NCBI GenBank assembly: GCA_951406725.2 | Contig: OX597839.1 | Span: forward strand, 5,952,001 to 6,016,000 | Reading direction: 5' to 3' | Source of the DNA: Octopus vulgaris | Lineage: Eukaryota | Length of the DNA: 64,000 bases | Shown here: positions 38,038-50,290 of the stretch, piece by piece | Layout: each line of letters starts with the position of its first letter | Position numbering within the stretch: the stretch's first letter is position 1 | Notes under the pieces: model-generated | The model's database searches: none | What the model saw: the letters and a program-made list of their open reading frames with translations, nothing else | Told to the model about the DNA's origin: nothing | Position numbers and translations under genes: made by a program

Positions 38038-38375
38038 TATTACTACACATACAAACATATATATATATATATATACATACAGGCATAAACGTTACATAAA
38101 TACACACATATATTTATAGACATACACATAGACACAAATATGCTAGCTTCGATGTACAATAAGAACATTTGTGTGTGTGTGTTTGTGTATATATATATAT
38201 ATATATATACACACACGCATACACAAACACATACATATGTATGTACACACAAACACTGAAGGAAAGAAACTATAAAAGAACAGACAAAAAAAAAAATTTC
38301 CCTGTATCTGATAAGGAGATTATGCACAAAAAATAAAATATATATTTTTGTTGAATCAAAAACAAAAATAAATAC

Positions 38376-38390
38376 CCCCGTTTAAAAACA
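38376..38390 (-). CDS. Candidate 15-nt microexon (phase 1-1), xFLNG
   Basis: ctaac branch-like motif, tgc, long T tract + acag|TGTTTTTAAACGGGG|gtattt. Confidence 0.5.
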
Positions 38391-39083
38391 CTGTAAAAAA
38401 AAAAAAAACGGTACATTTGTTAAAGCAGTTAGCCAAGGTAGGGGTGAAAAACAAAATGAATCAAGAAAAAATCATGAAAATAAAAAAAAAGCTTAAAATG
38501 GAATATCATTAGATGATTATCTCCTCTTTGCAACATCTTTCCTTCTATCGCAAACACAACATATCTTCTTCGTCTACTGAATTATTTAGTCTTCATGGTA
38601 GTGATCTTGGTTTCTATGAATCCTACCAGTGGTAGTACATCTATCACTTCATATTTATCTAACCATCGCTTTCTATCTATGTAGCTACACAAATATTGTT
38701 TTCTGTACGTTTCTTGTTTTTTAAAATTATTTTACCTATCTCTCTGTCTGTCAGTCAGTTTATCTATCGATCTATCAATCTATTTTTCTCTCTCTGTCTA
38801 TATATCTATCTATTTCTCCCTCTCTCTGTCTATATATATATCTATCTCTTTCTCTCTCTGTCTATACATCTATCTCTTTCTCTCTCTGTCTATACATCTA
38901 TCTGTTTATCTCTATCTATCTATCTGTCTGTCTGTCGCTCTATCTATCTATCTGTCTGTCTATACATCTATCTCTATCTGTCTATTGATCTATCTATCTA
39001 TCTGTCTATTGATCTATCTATCTATCTATCGCTCAATCTATCTATCTATCTATCGCTCAATCTATCTATCTATCTATCTCTCA

Positions 39084-39119
<36 letters not shown>

Positions 39120-39385
39120 CCTGCTCTATCTATCTATTTGTCTGTCAAGTTATCTATTTCACTACCCACCTGTTTTTTTTTTCTCTTGCTTATGTACCTG
39201 TTTCTGTTTGCCAACCACATTAACTATGTAACATATCTATCTACCCACCCCACCCTGAGTACCTACCCTACCATCCGTTTACCTGCTATCCTGCAATCTT
39301 AATAACTCGCTTATCATTTTGCCTTGTTCTCACACACGGATTCCCATTCTCTCTCTCTCTCCCAAGCATTCCCCCACAACACACG

Positions 39386-39436
<51 letters not shown>

Positions 39437-39677
39437 GCAGATTTAAGTAACAATCAAAAAGGACAGAGAAGAAGATGAGAGAGATAATCCATCTGTGATC
39501 CGAGAAGAAATTCATCGGTGCCAAGTGTCTTGGAAATCTGTTGTGACACTTGGAACCAAATCAGATCTCGGTTGCTTTACTTCACGAGATATAACAATAA
39601 ACGGATTGCAGCTTCCAGCATCGGTTCTTTGAAAATTAGGAAATAAATCCAAGCATCTTTTGAAATTCATTTCCTTA

Positions 39678-39935
39678 AGTGGCAATTTGACGGATAAATT
39701 CAATTACACCACCGCCAACAACAACAACAACAGTACAAACAACCATTGAGGTAATTTCTCTTCTAAGACAACAACAAAGTTAATCTTAGCCAAGTTCATT
39801 CTAATTTCTTACAGTGGCAATTTGACGGATAAATTCAATTACACCACCGCCAACAACAACAACAACAGTACAAACAACCATTGAGGTAATTTCTCTTCTA
39901 AGACAACAACAAAGTTAATCTTAGCCAAGTTCATT
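39678..39935. repeat. Direct duplication of ~123 bp
   Basis: agtggcaatttgacgg...ccaagttcatt at 39678-39800 and 39813-39935. Confidence 0.9.
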
Positions 39936-39944
39936 TCAGCAAAG

Positions 39945-40735
39945 TGCTGAAATTTTGGGTGAGAGGCTAGTTGATTATATTGACCCCAGAAATTAACTGT
40001 TACATATTTTATCAACCCTGAAAGGAGTGGCAATGTGGAGTGATGGTGTAGTTGATTAGGCCACCCCCAGTAAGAAACCGGTACAGACACAGCATTGATT
40101 TTTCCAGATAAAAATGATTTTTTTCTATTATAGGCATAAGGGCTGAAATTTTTGTGTGAGAGGCTAGTTGATTACATTGACCCCAGAAATTAACTGTTAC
40201 ATATTTTATCAACCCTGAAAGGAGTGGCAATGTGGAGTGAAGGTGTAGTTGATTAGGCCAACCCCAGTAAGAAACCGGTACAGACACAGCATTGATTTTT
40301 CCAGATAAAAATAAGGATTTTTTTTCTATTATAGGCATAAGGGCTGAAATTTTGGGTGAGAGGCTAGTTGATTATATTGACCCCAGAAATTAACTGTTAC
40401 ATATTTTATCAACCCTGAAAGGAGTGGCAATGTGGAGTGATGGTGTAGTTGATTAGGCCACCCCCAGTAAGAAACCGGTACAGACACAGCATTGATTTTT
40501 CCAGATAAAAATAAGGAGTTTTTTTATATTATAGGCATAAGGGCTGAAATTTTGGGTGAGAGGCTAGTTGATTATATTGACCCCAGAAATTAACTGTTAC
40601 ATATTTTATCAACCCTGAAAGGACGAAAGGCAAAGTTAACCTTGGTGGAATTTGAACTCAGAATGTGACGAATTAGGAGAAATACTGCAAAGCATTTTCC
40701 CAATGTGCTAATAATTCTTCCAAGTTGCCGCCTTT
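39945..40735 (-). repeat. Tandem array of ~200-bp units derived from a family D-like SINE (~3.4 copies)
   Basis: Unit gctgaaatttt...ataggcataagg starts near 39946, 40142, 40342, 40542; ends in a D-like head. Confidence 0.88.
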
Positions 40736-41006
40736 GGTTTCAAATTCTAGTGAAAGGCCAGAAAACTTGAGAGGAGTGGCCAAGTTGCAGAACTAGTCTG
40801 GTAATTAATTATATTAATCCCCAGGAGGATGCGAGGTGCTGCTGACATCTGCAGGCTTTGGAACTCAGAATGTAAGAAGCCCGAACTAATATCGCGAAGC
40901 ATATTGTGCAATGCTGTAAGGATTCTGCTACTTGTAATAACAACAACAACAATAGTTGCTGGTGTTTCTTCTTAGCTTTTAAGTAAATAGTGAAGAATTC
41001 AAACAA

Positions 41007-41290
41007 GTGAATTTGGTAGACGGAAACTGAAAAGAAGCCCGTCGTAGATATGTATATATATATGTATGTATGTGTGCGTGTATGTTTGTGTGTCTGTGTT
41101 TGTCCCCCCAACATCGCTTGACAACCGATGCTGGTGTGTTTATGTCCCCGTCACTTAGCGGTTTGGCAAAAGAGACCAATAGAATAAGTACTGGGCTTAC
41201 AAAGAATAAGTCCCGGGGTCGAGTTACTCGATTAAAGGCGGTGCTCCAGCATGGCCACAGTCAAATGACAGAAAGAGAAAAAGAGAAATA
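41007..41290 (+). mobile_element. SINE family A 3' part
   Basis: Matches family A from gtgaatttggtagacgg to the tail. Confidence 0.82.
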
Positions 41291-42200
41291 ATGATGATGA
41301 TGATAATAATAATATTAATAATAATAATAATAATAATCTTATAGGGGAGTACAGTATGTAGTTCTGCATTGCAATTTATAGCATCTTGCCAAATAGAACT
41401 CCTGAGAATATACTTAAGCCATCCCAGATTTCAAAAATCTAGACATGATGGTGATGATGATGAGGAGGCTGGTGATGTGTTAAACTATTTGGAAAAGTGA
41501 AACCTTTCAAAGTTGAGAAAAATATGCCTTGTGATTGAAGAGGAACTTATGTTAATGAACTTACATTTCGAAATATTTTAATTTGATATGGTAAGTGTAT
41601 ATTAATGGAATCACCACCACTACTATTACTACGGCTACTACTACTGCTACCACTACTGCTGCTACTAGACCTACTTAAAAACTTGGTCCTCGCTATAACA
41701 AGTTTGGTAGAAGGCTGTGTAACATTAGAAAAGTATATGAGTGAGAGCGTATGTGTGCATACGAAAATTTGGATGTATGCATAAAATATTTTCAACCTAA
41801 CTAGTTGTCTATCTATCTATCTATCTATCTATCTGTCCCCCTCTCTATCTATCTATCTATCTATCTAGTTGCCTCTATCTATTTGTCTGTCTCTCTCTCT
41901 ATCTATCTGTCTGTCTCTGTATCTATGACCCTCATACAATTCAAATGGATTGATTAGTTAAGATATGTAAATTAAATACTGTTTTGTTTCTTTATTTTAT
42001 GGTCAAAAACACACAAGATTGTCAAATGTATAAGAGCAAAATGCAGCAAAGCTATTTAGCGACTCGCAAGGAATAAAAATTATTTAAGCTTTTGATTCAA
42101 CGCCACCTTAAACACTTGGTTGTAACCATACTAAATCATGTTGCTACATTATTTAAAGACATTGGTTTATGATATAGGGTGTGGGTCACACACACACACA

Positions 42201-42240
42201 TATAATTTAACACACTCACTGGTGAGTGTGTTAAATTATA
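42201..42240. repeat. Perfect 40-bp palindrome (19-bp arms, 2-nt centre)
   Basis: tataatttaacacactcac-tg-gtgagtgtgttaaattata. Confidence 0.92.
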
Positions 42241-42312
42241 AGGCACCAAAAGAGAATGACTCACCTCAGACACAACAGAATATGCTTCAACACACAAACT
42301 CATAAAGAATCT

Positions 42313-42350
<38 letters not shown>

Positions 42351-42352
<2 letters not shown>

Positions 42353-42728
42353 TCTTACTCTCTTTACTCTTTTACTCGTTTCAGTCATTTGACTGCGGCC
42401 ATGCTGGAGCACCGCCTTTAGTCGAGCAAATCGACCCCAGGACTTATTCTTTGTAAGCCCAGTACTTATTCTATCGGTCTCTTTTGCCGAACCGCTAAGT
42501 GACGGGGACGTAAACACACCAGCATCGGTTGTCGAGCAATGCTAGGGGGACAAACATACACACACACATATATATATATACATATATACGACAGGCTTCT
42601 TTCAGTTTCCGTCTACCAAATTCACTCACAAGGCATTGGTCGGCCCAGGGCTATAGCAGAAAACACTTGGGACTGAACCCGGAACCATGTGGTTGTTTAG
42701 CAAGCTACTTACCACACAGCCACTCCTA
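42351..42728 (-). mobile_element. SINE family A
   Basis: Reverse complement of the 20657 copy with a small internal deletion. Confidence 0.88.
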
Positions 42729-42796
42729 TATATATATATATATATATATAAAGTAAATAAATGGAGTTGAATGGAGGTGTTATTCAAATTCTTTTA

Positions 42797-42886
42797 CTTT
42801 CGACATATGTTTCGAAGACAACATTGGTTTTATTCCAAAGGAAGGAATAAACGGTGTAAAATAATGTAATCTTCTCATCAGGAAAG
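42797..42886 (-). ncRNA. Type I hammerhead ribozyme motif with extended stem II
   Basis: CUUUC-CUGAUGA-GAAGA[...]UCUUC-GAAA-CAUAUG-UC-GAAAG: stem I, complete core, stem II, palindromic stem III, GUC cleavage triplet. Confidence 0.8.
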
Positions 42887-43515
42887 AAAGAGAACCTGTC
42901 TCAACAACAAGACATTATAACAATTTATTTATTTACTTATACTATACAAATTAATGCACATTAACCCGAGTTTCTACCTTTGACTAGGTCACTACATCCT
43001 TGTTACTTGCGTGAATATGTATATAGGTAACTTATGCAATGGTAGTTTCATGTAGCTACAGTGTGTCTCATGAAGTTATGTAATAGTTGCATAATGTATT
43101 TATTCATGCTACTTATTTCCATGTATATCCTCCATGAAAACAGGTGGCCTGAATGAATGTATAACGCAGATATTTACATGATTTCACGAAACAGACTGCA
43201 ACCCGCGACCACAACACACTGATTCATATGTAAATTACTTTATTATTTATAAATGTGTGTGTATGTATATATATATGTGTGTGTGTACATGAGTGTATAT
43301 GTGTATATATATATGTATATATATATGCATGTATATATATTTATGTATATATATATATATGTATGTATATATATATATGCATGTATATATATATATATGC
43401 ATGTATATATATTTATGTATATATATATGTATATGTATATGCATATATATATATATGTATATGCATATATGTGTGTGTGTGTATATGTATATATATATAT
43501 GTATGTATATGCATA

Positions 43516-43551
<36 letters not shown>

Positions 43552-43637
43552 GTAGGCACTGTAAATTTAAAGTGAATACTTGATAAGTGTATATATATAT
43601 ATGCATATGTGTATGTATATATATATACATATATGTG

Positions 43638-43674
<37 letters not shown>

Positions 43675-43985
43675 TGACGTTATGGAGAGGACGAAAACAT
43701 AATACATAACAGTAATACAAGGTACAAATACAAGAGGGTTAAAAAACAAACAGGCAAGCAAGCAAATATAAAATATAAAGAGAAGCGGAAATAAAAAGTG
43801 AAAGGTGAGTGTGAGTGTGTGTGTGTGGGTGTGGCGAAGGTAAAAAAAAAAAAGGTACAACAAAGTACACAAATTGCATGAATAAGGAAACAAGCAAATA
43901 ATTACAGGTAGGGTTCAGGTAAAAATATGCTGAACAAATAAGACAGATAAAAGGTGGAGGAAAATAAGAGGGTCATGCTACTTAC

Positions 43986-44027
43986 TGCCCCCGTTTGTTT
44001 GTGTTTCCATCTGCGGACACTGAATAA
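43986..44027 (-). CDS. Eph: Probable juxtamembrane exon (42 nt, phase 1-1), xIQCPQMETQTNGG
   Basis: Strong acceptor (poly-T/C tract ending ccccccag|) and consensus donor A|gtaagt; open, and joins the 23932 exon as A|TG = Met. Confidence 0.7.
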
Positions 44028-44406
44028 CTGGGGGGAAAAAAAGAAGGAAAACAAAACATTGAAGGGGGGAGGAAAAGGAAAAGGAAAAAAAAAATGAAAC
44101 GGTGAGTGAGGGTGGATGGATAGAGAAGGTGAGTGAGAGTGAGAGTGATAGAGAGGAGAGGAGAGAAAGCGAGAGAGAGGTAAGTTTAGGAAAGACAAAG
44201 GATGGAGTTGGAGTGAAAGGATAAAGAAAATAAGTTAAAAACAAGGCAAAGTGCAACACAAGGTTCAACTGGGAATGGTGAAAATCAAAGAGGGAGGCAT
44301 AAATGGATGCTAGTGCGTGTGTGTGTATATATTTATTTGTATGTATGTGTGGACTCGTGATCGCAAGACTGTGGTTTCAATTCCAGAACTGACACATTAT
44401 TTTCTT

Positions 44407-44722
44407 GTGGAGGCACATGGCCTGGTGGTTAGAGCAGCAGACTCGCGGTCGAGGGATCGCGGGTTCGAATCTCAGACCAAGTGATGTTTGTGTTTATGAG
44501 CGAAAACACCTGAGCTCCACGCGGCTCCGGCAGAAGGTAATGGCGAACTTCTGCTGACTCTTTCACCACAACTTTTCTCTCACTCTTTCCTCCTGCATCT
44601 TGCAGCTCACCCGTGAAGGACCAGCGTCCCATCCAGGTGGGGAACCTATATGCCAAGAAAACTGGGAAACCGGCCCTTGTGAGCCAGGCATGGCTCGAGA
44701 AGGAACAAACAAAACAACAACA
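44407..44722 (+). mobile_element. tRNA-derived SINE, family C, nested in an older SINE (~44350-44880)
   Basis: Same sequence as 1430 and 4307; flanks rejoin as a degraded SINE head/core with imperfect TSD acattNtNttcttg. Confidence 0.85.
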
Positions 44723-45196
44723 AACATTGTGTTCTTGAGCAAAACACTTCATATCCTGTTGTTGCAGTTCAATCAGCAGGTAAAAATGAGTAATCCTGTG
44801 AGGGACTGGTGTCCCCTCCAGGTGGGGAATATATACTCCATGGAAACCAGGAAACCGATCCTATCAGTCTATATGAGGTGGGAAGGAACTTTACTTTCAT
44901 TTTTTTATGTGTGTGTATTTGTGTATCTACTTACTACATGTATGCATGCGGCAGGTGTATCATGTAGCAGCAGAATCAAAATGGTATCAAATTAAGATAC
45001 CAAAGTGCGTTTGCATCTCTTCAGGGTGGAGAGAAAATGGAAGGCAGATCCACCCTTCCATTACTGGGTGCATATTTTTGTGAACTACACCTACCAGCAT
45101 TATGAAGTAACTCTGAACCCCCAGAAACAGCTGTCGGACTTCTCCTCTTTGATTTTCTGTATCTTTGTACTTTGTGTAAGTTTGCTCTTTTAATAT

Positions 45197-45617
45197 ACTC
45201 TTTTACTTGTTTCAGTCATTTGACTGCGGCCATGCTGGAGCACCGCCTTTAGTCGAGCAAATCGACCCTAGGACTTATTCTTTGTAAGCCCAGCACTTAT
45301 TCTATCAGCCTCTTTTGCTGAACCGCTAAGTTACGGAGACGTAAACACACCAGCATCGGTTGTCAAGCGATGTTGGGGGGACAAACACAGACAACAAACA
45401 CATACATATATATATATTTATATGTATATATATATATATACATATATACGACGGGCTTCTTTCAGTTTCCGTCTACCAAATACACTCACAAGGCATTGGT
45501 CGGCCCAGGGCTATAGCAGAAAACACTTGCCCAAGATGCCACACAGTGGGACTGAACCCGGACTGAACCATGTGGTTGTTTAGCAAGCTACTTACCACAC
45601 AGCCACTCCTGCGCCTA
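45197..45617 (-). mobile_element. SINE family A
   Basis: Reverse complement of the 20657 copy. Confidence 0.88.
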
Positions 45618-46487
45618 TTCATATATTTATACTTTTCATTCTTTCCTTTCTCTCTCTCTATTTACACATATTAAACCTAAGCAATTTTCTCTGTTTATTT
45701 GCATCATTGTCTCTATATCTGCTCACCTAGATTTCTGTTATAGGCATTCTTTACCCTGCCGAATTGGTCCTTGGTAAAGATTTTGGAGTATATGTTCAAA
45801 TCATCTGAGCATTACTGAGTGGTTTCTATTGTATATTGAGCATCTCTGGATCTCATCCCTTGACCCTACACACACACATATATATATCTATGTATGTGTG
45901 ACTTTGAGTCTTGTGAAGCAGTGGTGGAGGACAAACACAACATGTGTTAGTTTGTTTACATCCACGTAACTTAGCAGTTTGGCAAAAATGACCGACGGAA
46001 TAAATACCAGACTTAAATAAACAGTGGGATTGAGTCATTCAACTTCAAGGCAGTGCCCCAGCATGGCCAAAGTCAAAAACATAAAAGATATATGCCATCG
46101 TTTTGGCAGCCCAAATAACAACTCTATATCGAACTAGTGTTTCATAGAGAACTCTTCCTCAGGTAAGTAAATTGGCTTGCATCCTATGATGAGAGTAAAT
46201 TTTTTAGTTGCTTTTTGTTTTCTTTTTTTTAATGTTTTTGTGAAGAGGGTGGGGTAAAATTTAAGTGATGCAGTCAGATATTTCAATCCAAGCAGCTGAA
46301 ACTACATGTTATACATAAGTGCTTTTAATCTTTTTTTCCTTTTTTTAAATCAAAACAATGTAAATTATAAGAAATATTACAAGACAATGGTTTCTAATTT
46401 TGCCTTTGTTTTTTTTCAGTATTTTAGAATCAAGATCCCTTCTTTAGTAAATCTTTGGAGATGTCAGCTCAAAACACCATATCTTAG

Positions 46488-46527
46488 ATTTCCTGAAGAA
46501 GAGCTCCTAACCTCGAAATATTGAAAT
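46488..46527 (+). ncRNA. Minimal hammerhead-like motif
   Basis: AUUUC-CUGAAGA-A-GAG(CUCCUAAC)CUC-GAAA-UAU-U-GAAAU. Confidence 0.5.
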
Positions 46528-47687
46528 ACAAAGTGAAAGAACAAACCATCAGCTTGTGTTGTTATTTCTTATAACTTGAAATTGAAAGCATTTATTTATA
46601 ACAGACAATGCTTCATGCAAATTATACTACTCCAAGATGTATTATGTGTCTAGTGATATTATTTATGTGTGGATAAAGGTATTTGTGCAAAAAAGTGCTT
46701 TGTGAAGGAAATGAGGTAGGAATATAAATCAACATGTATATAAAAAAAACAATAAGACAATGCAACAAGAACACAAAACATTTTGGGTGGTTTAAGGATA
46801 AAGTGGACACTTTTACATTTCTTTCTGTGTGTTTTGCTTTTTTTTTTCTTTAAAAAAAATTCCAAAAACAAGAAATAAAAACCAAACCAGCCCACTATTT
46901 ATAAAAATAGTGATATTTATAAAAATAGGTGATAAAAATGTAATAAAAAGTATATATGTAAAAAGTTTAGAAAATGATAGATCTGTATTTAAAAGTAACA
47001 TATTATGTATGTTGTTACTTATATAAAATTTACATAATGACTACAATGAAAAAGAACAAATATATACATATGTAATTTTTTCTTTTTTTTTTCTTTTCAT
47101 TAACAACATCTTTTACATATATAACACATTTCATTATGCAACAAAGCTTTTCAAAAATATTATCACACACACACACACACACATGCACGCACATATATGT
47201 ATATAGTACAAAGTAAGATAAGGGTTATGAGTGTAACCCACTATGGGATATCAGTTATCCAATATACTGCTGGTGAAGCACCCAAATGCCAAATACATAA
47301 ATGCTTATAATTGCAATGCAATTAATTCATTTATTGTATCGGATGGGCGAAAGTAAAATATTTTACCGTAAATTCATAATACAAATAAGAAAATGGAGGA
47401 ACAGATTCATTTCAATCATCGACTTACAGATATTGCCATTTCATATCATATAGTTAAAAAATAATATGAAATGGTAATATCTATAAATGGAGGCCCTTTC
47501 TGCAGTTTCCAAGCAAAGTAGCATTTTCCCCATGGCCAGACATGTTTGCACAGAATATTGAAGTAAAGGACACTGTTTGTATGGAAGAGACACTCACAAC
47601 AATCACACAATACCAAAACAATTGAAACAGCTGTAGGGAAACTCAACCCATTTGTGTTCTTATATATATATATATATATATATACCA

Positions 47688-47933
47688 TCTTTTACTTGTT
47701 TTAGTCACTAGATGGTAGCCATGCTGGGGCACCGCTTTGAAGAGTTTTAATCAAGTGAATTGACCGCAGTACTTTTCTTAAGCCTTGTACTTATTCTAAG
47801 GTACAGGGATGTAAACACACCAACACCTCTTATCAAGTGGTGATGGGAGACACACAAAGACACACATACACACACACATTCAAATATATATAAATGACAG
47901 GCTTCTTTCAGTTTCCATCTACCAAATCCATTC
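47688..47933 (-). mobile_element. SINE family A, diverged
   Basis: Family A tail and body on minus. Confidence 0.7.
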
Positions 47934-47947
47934 ATATATATATATAT

Positions 47948-48150
47948 AGGTTAATCCAAACATGAAAAAACACAACAATGCGAGGACATGGAATAAATAT
48001 AGTATTATTGGACGCTCAGGAAAGAAGGGAAGAAGGAGGGTTTTACGTTTCGAGCGGAGCTCTTCATCAGAAACAAGGAAAAGGAAAGATCCAGAGAAAG
48101 GAAGACGGAGGAAAAAAAAAATCGCCAACGGTACTCACGCGGTCACATTT
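47948..48150 (-). mobile_element. Hammerhead-bearing short repeat (second copy)
   Basis: Reverse complement of 18187-18410. Confidence 0.65.
48040..48074 (-). ncRNA. Minimal Penelope-type hammerhead motif inside a ~200-bp repeat
   Basis: GUUU-CUGAUGA-A-GAGC(UCC)GCUC-GAAA-CGU-A-AAAC. Confidence 0.65.
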
Positions 48151-48623
48151 AGGCAAAATTGACCACAGCAAGATTTGAAATCAGAGTGAACAAAACAAGA
48201 AGGAATTCCATGAGGCAATTTTTTTTAACCCCACCCTCTTACAACTGTACCACCTTATTTAGGAATCTCCAGTCGGACAACTAGTTATCCCAAGCCAAAT
48301 TGACAGTGAAGTTTTGAGTGTAACAATAGCTGATAGATAAGGATGGGGGGTGTTTGGTTGGGGTGGGCAGGGATGGATCGGAAATGGTGGACGTTTTGGG
48401 TTCCAGTTGTGCCTGGAATATCATGTTCCATTATTATACTGTCATGTAACCAATACTTACACTAAATTCTCTCTCCATTTATACATACATACATACATAC
48501 ATACATACACACACACATAAATACATACATACATACATACATACATATGTGTGCGTATGTCTGTATATGTGCATGTGCCTCTCTCTCTCTCTCTATATAT
48601 ATATATGTGTGTGTGTGCATGTG

Positions 48624-48655
<32 letters not shown>

Positions 48656-48951
48656 CATGTGTATACATATAATACACATGCACACACACATATATGTATA
48701 CACATTTATAATGAACACATATGTATACATACATACATGTAGAGACGTGTATATAAACACACATCCATATATGTGTACATGTACACACACACACACACAA
48801 ATTCATAAGTATATATGTATATATATGCATGTATGTATATTGATATACACATACATTAATACAGACATACATACGTGCATATATACACACACATGCACAC
48901 AGTCTGTTTTTGGTATGACTCATTCACAATATGTCTTATGTTATTTTCATG

Positions 48952-48991
<40 letters not shown>

Positions 48992-49815
48992 AGAAGGGGA
49001 GAGACAAACAGACAGACAAGACCAGTCAAATTGACAGATTTAGTTGACCTACTCACTGAAGGGTCAGTCAGTTAGCTGGCTGGTTGGCTGACTGGCTAGC
49101 TGGTTGGTCAGTAGTTTTATATCATCTACTACTACTACCAAATCAGCCCATACTACAACTTGTTTACTAACCAAGTCTCAGTGGGTAATTACAAGCCCCT
49201 TAGGGTTCAAGGAATGTGGCGGGGTGGGTTATTACGAAAGGCACTGAGGACAGACCCTGTCAGTACAAAATTTGAAGAAGGATTTATATTGCTCAGTGTT
49301 TCTCATCATTTTTTACCCATGGATAACTTTAATTCCTATTTTACTAAGGAGAGGAACCCTCATAGCTATTCGATGTCTAAAAAAAAACCCTACTATATTT
49401 TCATGATTAAATATTATTAGAAACTGTATTTAAAAAAAATTGTTAGAATATTTTGCATATTGCAGAAATATAACCAGTTTTTAACAACAAAATCTTTTAT
49501 GGACCCTCAGGGGCAATATGGATCCCCTACTTATATATAGCTTGTACAGAGGGACCTTCAAGAAGGCAACAGGAAGCAATATCAACAAGTAAAGCATTTA
49601 AGAACCGGCCATATCCGGCCAAAAATATTCTACCTGTTTTATGTTCAAACTAACCCTATCTGGTCTCTCACACCAACCCTACAATATCGTTTTAAAAATT
49701 AACAGCTACCTCATCAAAATCTCATAGCTACAAGATAATGCATGATTAGTTCAAAACAATGTGGATGAAGAAGCATTAATTTTGGCAGAATAATGCGAAC
49801 ACTAAAGGGTTAAGT

Positions 49816-50290
49816 CAGTGGTTCACAACATGGGTCCGTATGGCCCCTGAGGGTCCACATAAGATTCGGGGGCTGGGTCCACATAAGATTTGGGGGCAGG
49901 GTCCACATAAGATTCAGGGGCTGGGTCCGCATAAGATTTGGGGGCAGAGTCTACATAAGATTTGGGCGCAGGGTCCACATAAGATTCGGGGGCAGGGTCC
50001 ACATAATAAAATACTAAACTGGGGGTCCACAATAATATTTAAAGGGCCCCTAAAAAATATTTATTTTAGATCTAGGTATTGGGTTGCACTGCAAGAAACA
50101 GCTAGGTTTTTTTTAAAACATTTTTCATAGTTCAACGTACATAAGTTAAGGGGTGATAAATAATACAGAAAGATTGAAAGAAGTTTCTATAAAACTGTTT
50201 TAAAGCATGGAATGGCTTTAGGGGTTCACCAGAATGAAATAGTAATCAAAGGGGTCCATAGATAAAAATTTTTTAAATGGTTGAGAAAGT
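49816..50290. mobile_element. Probable hAT-like non-autonomous element containing a 24-bp minisatellite
   Basis: Begins cagtggttcacaac, ends near ggttgagaa; ~6.5 copies of gggtccacataagattcgggggct at 49851-50005. Confidence 0.55.

Larger units (their letters stand above)
2036..44027 (-). other. Eph: Partial Eph receptor tyrosine kinase gene (juxtamembrane + kinase exons); probably continues beyond both window ends
   Basis: Seven GT-AG exons join in frame: [30 protein letters not shown]...GGGEFG...VAIK...HRDLAARN...DFG...[17 protein letters not shown]...[15 protein letters not shown]...KMAKPR, diagnostic of Eph kinases. Confidence 0.97.

Noticed and set aside
49053-49055. Possible 3-nt microexon (cccttcag|TGA|gtaggt)
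   Set aside because: Very short tract within a degenerate tetranucleotide repeat; cannot be told from chance.
49851-50005. YVDPAPES repeat ORF resembling the Eph YxDP motif
   Set aside because: A 24-bp minisatellite inside a probable DNA-transposon remnant, with no flanking splice signals; the resemblance is coincidental.
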